NCBI GenBank assembly: GCA_009782555.1
Contig: WRIV01000012.1
Location: 1,470 to 65,469, forward strand
DNA length: 64,000 nucleotides
From: Treponema sp.
Lineage (GTDB): Bacteria > Spirochaetota > Spirochaetia > Treponematales > Breznakiellaceae
Reading direction: 5' to 3'
Shown in pieces: positions 1 through 6,802 of the stretch (positions are counted from its first letter, which is position 1; every line of letters begins with the position of its first letter). Below the pieces are notes generated by a model. That model ran no database searches, had not been told where the DNA came from, and saw only the letters and a program-made list of their open reading frames with translations. A program made the translations under genes and the position numbers.

Positions 1-85
1 GCAGAATATTGATAGGGTGTCTGCTAATAAGGGTATTTGAAACTCTTGCAAAACTGAAGTCCTATAAAAATCTCATATAACTGGA

Positions 86-117
86 TTTAGCGCCAGACAT
101 TACTGCCTGGCGCTAAA
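86..117 (-). terminator. Stem-loop just downstream of the trpB2 stop; possible terminator
   Basis: TTTAGCGCCAG (86-96) pairs with CTGGCGCTAAA (107-117) around a 10-nt loop, 11 nt past the stop at 128. There is no clean U-tract on the minus-strand RNA, so function is uncertain. Confidence 0.35.
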
Positions 118-127
118 AAACTCAGGC

Positions 128-1507
128 TTACTTGTTCTGGGGAATGTCCGGAATGGTAACAAAACCCCGTTCCAGCTCTTCATTGGTGGGAACCATGTCA
201 GAAAGGGTTTTTGCGTTGTAGGACATATACGCAGAAAGATCAAAATAGCCCGTACCGCTGAGACCGAAGAGAATTACTTTTTTTTCTCCGGTCTTTTTAC
301 ATTCCAAAGCTTCGTCAATGGCAGCCTTAATAGCATGTGACGATTCTGGTGCGGGGAGAATACCTTCGGTCTTCATAAAACGAATTGCCGCATCAAAAAC
401 TTCGGTTTGATTTTCCGCCCGGGCTTCCAGATGGCCGTCGTGGTAGAGCTTGCTTAGAATGGCGCTCATGCCGTGGTACCGCAGGCCCCCTGCATGGTTT
501 GCCGAGGGAATAAAACCGTTCCCCAGGGTCTGCATCCGTACCAGGGGCGTGGTTTTGGCGGTATCCCCGAAGTCATAGACATAGCGTCCCCGGGTAAAGG
601 TCGGGCAGGATGCGGGCTCCACGGCGATGAATCGGGCATTGGATTTGCCGGAGAGTTTTTCCCCCATAAAGGGAGCAATAAGTCCGCCAAGATTGGACCC
701 CCCCCCGGCACAGCCAATGATGATGTCCGGTTTTATTCCATACTTGTCCATGGCTGCCTTGGTTTCCAGGCCGATTATCGACTGGTGCAGCAACACATGA
801 TTCAGGACACTCCCCAGTACATACCGGCACTTGTCGGTTTTGACCGCCGTTTCCACCGCTTCGGAAATGGCGCAGCCCAGGGAACCCCCGGTATTGGGAT
901 CCTTTTCCAGGATCCTCCGGCCCGCTTCGGTGGTGTTTGAAGGGGAAGGAATTACCTTTGCCCCATAGGTTTCCATCACCGCTTTGCGGTAGGGTTTTTG
1001 TTCGGAACTTACTTTTACCATGTATACGGTCAGGTCAAGGCCGTAAAACCCGCAGGCCATGGCCAGTGCCGTACCCCATTGGCCGGCGCCGGTTTCGGTG
1101 GTTAAGCTCTGAAGACCCTGTTCTTTTGCAAAATAGGCTTGGGGTCCTGCCGAGTTGAGTTTGTGGCTCCCCGAGGTGTTGGTTCCTTCGAATTTGTAGT
1201 AAATTTCCGCCGGGGTCCCCAGCGCTTTTTCCAGGTAGTAAGCCCGGATCAGCGCCGAAGGCCGGTAGGCCCGGTAGAAGTCCTGAATCCTTTCTGGTAT
1301 GGGAACCAGTCTGGTATCGTCGTCCAGTTCCTGTTTTACCGCCTCTTTACAGAAAACGGGCTCCATATCTGATGGAACGACCGGCTGTAGTGTCCCCGGA
1401 TGCAGGATGGGGTCGGGTTTTTCCTTCATATCCGAGCGCAGGTTATACCAGAACTTGGGCATCTCCTCTTCGGCCAGATAGATCCGGGTTGGAATAGTGT
1501 TGTTCAT
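128..1507 (-). CDS. trpB: TrpB2-type tryptophan synthase beta-like PLP enzyme
   Basis: 459-aa ORF. It has the long N-terminal extension typical of TrpB2 (MPKFWYNLRSDM...), the PLP-lysine motif TSGSHKLNS, a GGGSN glycine loop and a GAGQWG motif. GAGGAGG RBS lies 5-11 nt upstream of the ATG. No trpA or other trp gene is nearby. Confidence 0.9.
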   Translation of the reverse strand: MNNTIPTRIYLAEEEMPKFWYNLRSDMKEKPDPILHPGTLQPVVPSDMEPVFCKEAVKQELDDDTRLVPIPERIQDFYRAYRPSALIRAYYLEKALGTPAEIYYKFEGTNTSGSHKLNSAGPQAYFAKEQGLQSLTTETGAGQWGTALAMACGFYGLDLTVYMVKVSSEQKPYRKAVMETYGAKVIPSPSNTTEAGRRILEKDPNTGGSLGCAISEAVETAVKTDKCRYVLGSVLNHVLLHQSIIGLETKAAMDKYGIKPDIIIGCAGGGSNLGGLIAPFMGEKLSGKSNARFIAVEPASCPTFTRGRYVYDFGDTAKTTPLVRMQTLGNGFIPSANHAGGLRYHGMSAILSKLYHDGHLEARAENQTEVFDAAIRFMKTEGILPAPESSHAIKAAIDEALECKKTGEKKVILFGLSGTGYFDLSAYMSYNAKTLSDMVPTNEELERGFVTIPDIPQNK

Positions 1508-1525
1508 AGTTGCCTCCTCATGTTG

Positions 1526-1565
1526 ACGTTTCTATATAAAGAAACGTTTCTTTATATAGAAACGT
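1526..1565. promoter_or_regulatory. Perfect 40-bp palindrome (candidate operator) over the predicted trpB2 promoter
   Basis: ACGTTTCTATATAAAGAAACGTTTCTTTATATAGAAACGT equals its own reverse complement. It lies 19-58 nt upstream of the trpB2 ATG. On the minus strand TTGACA (1589-1584), a 17-nt spacer and TACGTT (1566-1561) form a sigma70-like promoter whose -10 overlaps the palindrome edge. Confidence 0.6.
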
Positions 1566-1729
1566 ACTTGGATTTAATCTTTTTGTCAAGCGAATTTTCA
1601 AAAAAACCAGAAAAAATTACACTTTTTTACGAAATGTATAGAAAACGGCATTTAAATAATTAAGTTCTTCCAAAACCTCAGTTTTTCAATAATTCCCAAT
1701 AATAAACATGCTTTTGCGGTGCTTTAGCT

Positions 1730-2098
1730 TCATGCAAACGCTTTTTCGATAGTTGCAATCAAATGTTTCGCATCTACCGGTTTGGTTAGAACATCGAAGG
1801 CGCTTGAATTTTTGGCCTGCTTTAAGAAATCTTCTCCGGTCTTGCCGCTGACGATAATAATAGGCACTTCCATGTAGCTGGGGATTTTTCGTATATCTTC
1901 AAGAAATTCAAACCCGGAGATATTTGGCATTTCGATGTCCAGAAGAATAAGGTCCACCTTGTTTTTGTTTAGAAAGCTTAAAGCTTCCGATGTGGATTTT
2001 GCGGCCCGAAGAATGTATTGTGGGGACAACATTCCCTGAAACAGTACATGTTGTGACATATTGTCATCAATCGCAAGGATAAGTTTTTTATTTTCCAT
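1730..2098 (-). CDS. Single-domain CheY-like response regulator
   Basis: 122 aa. Receiver signatures: ILAIDDN, LILLDIEMPNISGFEF, IIIVSG, LTKPV. No output domain. Paralog of the ORF at 25440-25841. Confidence 0.9.
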   Translation of the reverse strand: MENKKLILAIDDNMSQHVLFQGMLSPQYILRAAKSTSEALSFLNKNKVDLILLDIEMPNISGFEFLEDIRKIPSYMEVPIIIVSGKTGEDFLKQAKNSSAFDVLTKPVDAKHLIATIEKAFA

Positions 2099-2259
2099 GT
2101 ATTTGTCTCCTTAGGGTTTTTATATTAAAGCATAATATCAGAAAGATAAAAAACGATCAAGTATATTTTGTGTAGTACAGGATAGCCTCAATACTATACA
2201 AAGCGGCAAAACATGGTAGAATAAACAAGGTCCTTTTCTGGTACTGCGGGGAGAAAAAA

Positions 2260-3309
2260 ATGGAAAATAATAATGCAAAAACAATATATGCGCCGGATGC
2301 AAAAATATTGATTGTGGATGACATAGAATCGAATTTATATGTTGTCAAAAAACTTCTGATGCCTTATGGATCAACGATTGACACCGTTACGAGCGGTGCT
2401 GGGGCAATTGAAAAAATTAAGGGCGGTGCCATATATGACATAATATTTATGGATCACATGATGCCCGAAATGGACGGAATAGAGACCGTCAAAATCATCC
2501 GGGAGATGGGCATAACCATGCCGGTTATTGCCCTTACTGCCAGTAATTCCGGAGATTCCAAGGAAATGTTCCTGGCTGCCGGCATGAACGATTTGCTGAC
2601 AAAGCCTATTGACAAGGCATTGCTGGAAAAACAACTGGTGGAATGGATTCCCTCCGGAAAGTTTACCGGTCCGCCGCCGAAACCGGCTGCCGCAAATGCT
2701 GCCGAAGTTAACATGGGTCTAAGAAAAAGTCTTGAGCAAATTAAGGAGATTTCCATACAAACAGGCCTGGACAGGGTTACCGGTCAATGGGACATTTACG
2801 AAAAGCTGCTGAAGCTGACAGTAAAAGAATTTGAAAAGCGCAACAAAAACCTGAATGAATTTTTGGCAGCCGGCGATATGCACAATTTTTGCGTAGAGAT
2901 ACATGGCCTTAAAAGCGCTCTGGCCAACATAGGCGCCTCAGAACTTTCCGACCAGGCGCGGGATATGGAAGACGCATCCGGCAGGGAAGACGCCGTTTTT
3001 TGCTCCTCAAATTTACCGCGTTTTTTAGAAGGCCTTGCCGGCTTGAATTCAAAGCTTATGGAAGCCTTTTCAAAAGAGAGCCAAAATCTCGGTCCAATAA
3101 CAATACCGGCGGAATTACCGTCAGTTTTTGAAAAACTGAAAACCGCTTTTGAAAAAAACGATTTTGAGGCCATGGATGAAGGAATGCAAAGCCTGAACGC
3201 GTTAATGGCAGACGGAGCGCTAAAAGAAGAAATAGACAAAATCAATGAAGCCGTACTAATGATAGACTACAAGGGCGCTATGAAAGTGATGGATAAACTT
3301 CTGGGTTAA
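2260..3309 (+). CDS. Receiver (REC) plus HPt phosphotransfer protein
   Basis: 349 aa. N-terminal REC (ILIVDDIESNLYV, IIFMDHMMPEMDG, ALTA, LTKPID) closely resembles the kinase receivers in this locus. C-terminal HPt motif: FCVEIHGLKSALANIGA. GGGGAG RBS. Confidence 0.9.
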   Translation: MENNNAKTIYAPDAKILIVDDIESNLYVVKKLLMPYGSTIDTVTSGAGAIEKIKGGAIYDIIFMDHMMPEMDGIETVKIIREMGITMPVIALTASNSGDSKEMFLAAGMNDLLTKPIDKALLEKQLVEWIPSGKFTGPPPKPAAANAAEVNMGLRKSLEQIKEISIQTGLDRVTGQWDIYEKLLKLTVKEFEKRNKNLNEFLAAGDMHNFCVEIHGLKSALANIGASELSDQARDMEDASGREDAVFCSSNLPRFLEGLAGLNSKLMEAFSKESQNLGPITIPAELPSVFEKLKTAFEKNDFEAMDEGMQSLNALMADGALKEEIDKINEAVLMIDYKGAMKVMDKLLG

Positions 3310-5714
3310 GCTTCCGGCTGATGCCTATCACGGATAAATTTCTTCAGAACGGCATTCAACTGGCGTACATCAATCGGCTTGGAAATGAAGCCGTCGAAGC
3401 CGTTTTCCAGGAATACTTCGGACTGTCCAACTACGGCATTCGCCGTTAATGCGACGACAGGCTGTGTGTACCCCAGTTCGCGTATTTTTTTTACTGCTTC
3501 TATGCCGTCCATTTCGGGCATCATGTGATCCATGAACACAATGTCATATACACCGCCGTCCCTGATTTTATCAATCGCCTCGAAGCCGTTCGAGGCAGTT
3601 TCAATCGACAGCCCGTAAGGCGACATAAGCCCTCTGGCGACATAGAGATTTGATTCTACGTCGTCTACTACCAAAACCTTGCCGTAGGACATCGGCTCAA
3701 ATATCATCTGCGCACCTTTCATCTGCTTTGTTTTGCTTATTTGGTGCTTTTCAAGGCTTTGCGCAAGTTCTCTGCCCAATACACTGGATCCAACGGCCAC
3801 CTGAGGCAGACGTATGGTGAACGCCGATCCCCAGTTTACCTCGCTTTTGACGGAAATCTCTCCGTTCATCATGCGTATCAGATTCTTTGTAATGCTCATA
3901 CCCAGTCCTGTTCCCTCGGTGGTGCGGTTTGCCTTCATGTTAAAGCGGGAGTATTCGTCGAATAGTTTGCCGATCTGTTCCTCAGTCATGCCCAGCCCTG
4001 TGTCGCTTACGGTAAACACAAGCGTTATACTGTCCTTGGAATCGATTTCCTTTTTGACAAAAACGGACAGCTTGACCAGGCCTTTTTTCGTGTATTTAAA
4101 AGAGTTGCTCAATAAATTGTTCAATATCTGCTTGATGCGCAGCTCGTCTCCAAAAAGGGTTGACGGTATGTTTGGATCCACTGATAGTTCAAAGGTAATA
4201 GGCTTGCTGCCAATCCGCATCATGTTAAGGGTAACGGTATCGTTGATCATGCTCGCCACCTGATATTCGGCAGGAACAAGTTCCAGTTTGCCGGCTTCGA
4301 TTTTGGACAGATCGAGTATGTCATTGATGATGTTAAGCAGCAGGTCACCCGAATTGTAAATTTTTCCCAGCGCTTCCCTTGTGTCCGGCACGAGTGCTTC
4401 ATTCTGCAGCTGAATTTCAGCAATGCCCAAAATCGCGTTCATCGGCGTGCGAATCTCGTGGCTCATGGTGGCAAGGAAAGAAGACTTCGCAACCGAAGCC
4501 ATTTCCGCCGTTTCAAGGGCTTCTTTAAGCAGTTCTTCCTGCTGTTTTTTCTGCGACACATCCTTTGAAGCCTGAAAAAGGACCATGGAACCGTCCACCC
4601 AGCGGATAATCGAAGCGGTTCCGCCGAGCCATACGTTCAAAATATCGTCCCACACATATTCAAAGTCTTTGTTCGGTAACTCGTCTTTTTGGGGCAGAAG
4701 ATCCATCAGTTGGCAGAAGGCGCATGGCGCATCTTTGCCCCTTGTAACATTGTAACATTTTTTGTTTACATAATCATTGTCCATATCGAATCTGCTCGTC
4801 AGTCGTTTGTTTGCGTACAGCAGGTTATAGTCAAGGTCACAGACGCATATCATGGCATCCAGGTTGTCCATAATGGTCATTGTTTTGGTATGCTCGGAAA
4901 TCTTGTCTACCATATCGCCTATGCTGTTTGAAAGTACCCCCAGCTCATCCTTGCGATCATTTCGGATGGGGTATGCAAGATTTCCATTGGCTATTTCGAC
5001 CGCTGCCTTTTCCAGCGCCGAAATTGGCTGATTAATACTGTCGGTAGTGAGCAATAACGCAATAGTCAGCATACAAACAAGGACAACGGCTATGATGTAG
5101 ATCACACGCAGTACACCGGCCGTATGTTCCGTTGCCTCCAGGGCTTTTTCCTTTGTTGTAGAAAAAACCTGATCCCGTATCGCCTGCAATTTAAGACTGA
5201 GTGTGGTACCCATGGGAATGACTTCGGCGTAAATCTGAATCAATTCCTGTACGTCAGCATTCTCCACGGCGGTGTCAATTCTTCCGGTGGCTTTCATGTA
5301 TTCAATGAATAAATCTATAATTTCTTTTACGGCATCCGCGCGCATCTGTTTTTCCGATTCGCTGAGTCTTTTGTCTGATTGCGTTATATGCTGGTAATTC
5401 ATCAGATTATCGGTGAATAATTCGACGGTTTCCCTGTAATTCTCCTGATACTCTGAAATTATGCCCTTAAAGGCATCTCCGTTCACCAGATACCCTTTGG
5501 CAAGATTTGCTACTCGTAGACTGTAAGACTCTACAATTGCTTCCGCTATGTAGATCTGCCGTACCTGGTAGGTATTTATCAGTTCGTTAAGATCGCCTCC
5601 TATGCCGGTTATTTGCATAACGGAAAATGCAACAAAGGAAATTATTGCAAACAAAATTACTGCAAATACAAAAAAATGCTTGCTTCGTATTTTTATGTCG
5701 TTGAACCATTTCAT
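3306..5714 (-). CDS. Hybrid sensor histidine kinase (4HB sensor-HAMP-Cys PAS-HisKA-HATPase-REC, no HPt)
   Basis: 802 aa. MCP-like N-terminus MKWFNDIKI, with two TM segments flanking a helical periplasmic region. HAMP (ELGVLSNSIGDMVDKI), H-box SHEIRTPMNAILG, G-boxes DTGLGM and GTGLGMSI, and a C-terminal receiver (VVDDVESNLYV, FMDHMMPEMDG, ISKPID). Confidence 0.92.
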   Translation of the reverse strand: MKWFNDIKIRSKHFFVFAVILFAIISFVAFSVMQITGIGGDLNELINTYQVRQIYIAEAIVESYSLRVANLAKGYLVNGDAFKGIISEYQENYRETVELFTDNLMNYQHITQSDKRLSESEKQMRADAVKEIIDLFIEYMKATGRIDTAVENADVQELIQIYAEVIPMGTTLSLKLQAIRDQVFSTTKEKALEATEHTAGVLRVIYIIAVVLVCMLTIALLLTTDSINQPISALEKAAVEIANGNLAYPIRNDRKDELGVLSNSIGDMVDKISEHTKTMTIMDNLDAMICVCDLDYNLLYANKRLTSRFDMDNDYVNKKCYNVTRGKDAPCAFCQLMDLLPQKDELPNKDFEYVWDDILNVWLGGTASIIRWVDGSMVLFQASKDVSQKKQQEELLKEALETAEMASVAKSSFLATMSHEIRTPMNAILGIAEIQLQNEALVPDTREALGKIYNSGDLLLNIINDILDLSKIEAGKLELVPAEYQVASMINDTVTLNMMRIGSKPITFELSVDPNIPSTLFGDELRIKQILNNLLSNSFKYTKKGLVKLSVFVKKEIDSKDSITLVFTVSDTGLGMTEEQIGKLFDEYSRFNMKANRTTEGTGLGMSITKNLIRMMNGEISVKSEVNWGSAFTIRLPQVAVGSSVLGRELAQSLEKHQISKTKQMKGAQMIFEPMSYGKVLVVDDVESNLYVARGLMSPYGLSIETASNGFEAIDKIRDGGVYDIVFMDHMMPEMDGIEAVKKIRELGYTQPVVALTANAVVGQSEVFLENGFDGFISKPIDVRQLNAVLKKFIRDRHQPEA

Positions 5715-5749
5715 GTCAAGCTCCTTTTTGGTCTGTTACGCCGCGAGCC

Positions 5750-6787
5750 TCATTGCAGAACGCCGGCTTCCCTGTAGTATCTGGCCGCGCCCCGGTGCAG
5801 GGGCACCTGAACCGATGAAGCAGCTGCGCCTTTGGGATCGAAGGCATTGTAATTTGCCCCGATTTGAACCAGGAAATCCTTGTTTTCGTTCAGCACCTTG
5901 GTAAATGTATACGCAACAGCTTCAGGCAGTCTCGGGCTGACAATAATTTCCGTTGAATGACATACTGCCGGTACATCGTTATCAATACCCGGATAGGTTC
6001 CGCCGGGTATCCGGGAGAGGCCGCTTGAGCGGGCAACGGTTCCCCATGTATAATGGCAATAATCAATTAACTCATTACTTGCGGCAAGAATAACAGAAGA
6101 CCTTCCCTCGATCATTTCCGTTACAACGGCCGCCGGCATTCCAAAGTTTACAATAGCGTAATCGACACGGCTGTCCATGAACATTTTGATCATGTCGCCG
6201 TAGACTGTCTGGTTGACGCTGCCGCCGTTCTGTTCGATCATGTCAAAAGATACGCTATAGTAATCCAGAATTATCGAAGCCATTACATAATCGGTTGTTC
6301 CGGATGCGGCAGCCGCAAGGTTAATTTTTTCGCCGCCCTTGATTTTCTGCGCCAGCTGTTCAATCGTTGTTATCCCCATTTCCTTGCCGGCAAGGAAATG
6401 GTAGTAATCCACCGAGAGCGTTCCCGCTATTGACGCTATATTTGTATATTTTTTCTGGAAAAGCGGTGCTACGCCGTTATAGGCTGCCCTATTAACGTAT
6501 CCCACCCCCCAGGCAATTTCACCCTCGCCCTGATCCAGCGAAACGGGATTTCCGATACCTCCGCCCGGTACTACATGTATGGTAATGCCAGGTTCTTTCT
6601 CGCTGAGAAACCTGGCAAATTCGCCGGCAACCGTGTACCAGCCGCCGCCTTCTCCTCCTGCCAGCCATGTATAGGTACCGGCAGGCAGTTTGCCCGAGCC
6701 GGAAGTTTTTTTTTCGCATCCTATCATGACAATTGCACCGGCGATAATCAAAAAACAAAATGCCAGGATATACCGTAACTTTTTCAT
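5750..6787 (-). CDS. TAXI-family (TRAP-type) periplasmic solute-binding lipoprotein, with no transporter partner nearby
   Basis: 345 aa. Signal peptide with a lipobox-like MIGC. TAXI-like core: GGEGGGWYTVAGEFARFL...VVPGGGIGNPVSL..GEGEIAW. No DctQ/DctM-like membrane ORF is present in the window. Confidence 0.8.
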   Translation of the reverse strand: MKKLRYILAFCFLIIAGAIVMIGCEKKTSGSGKLPAGTYTWLAGGEGGGWYTVAGEFARFLSEKEPGITIHVVPGGGIGNPVSLDQGEGEIAWGVGYVNRAAYNGVAPLFQKKYTNIASIAGTLSVDYYHFLAGKEMGITTIEQLAQKIKGGEKINLAAAASGTTDYVMASIILDYYSVSFDMIEQNGGSVNQTVYGDMIKMFMDSRVDYAIVNFGMPAAVVTEMIEGRSSVILAASNELIDYCHYTWGTVARSSGLSRIPGGTYPGIDNDVPAVCHSTEIIVSPRLPEAVAYTFTKVLNENKDFLVQIGANYNAFDPKGAAASSVQVPLHRGAARYYREAGVLQ

Positions 6788-6802
6788 GCTATTCCTCCAA
6801 TT

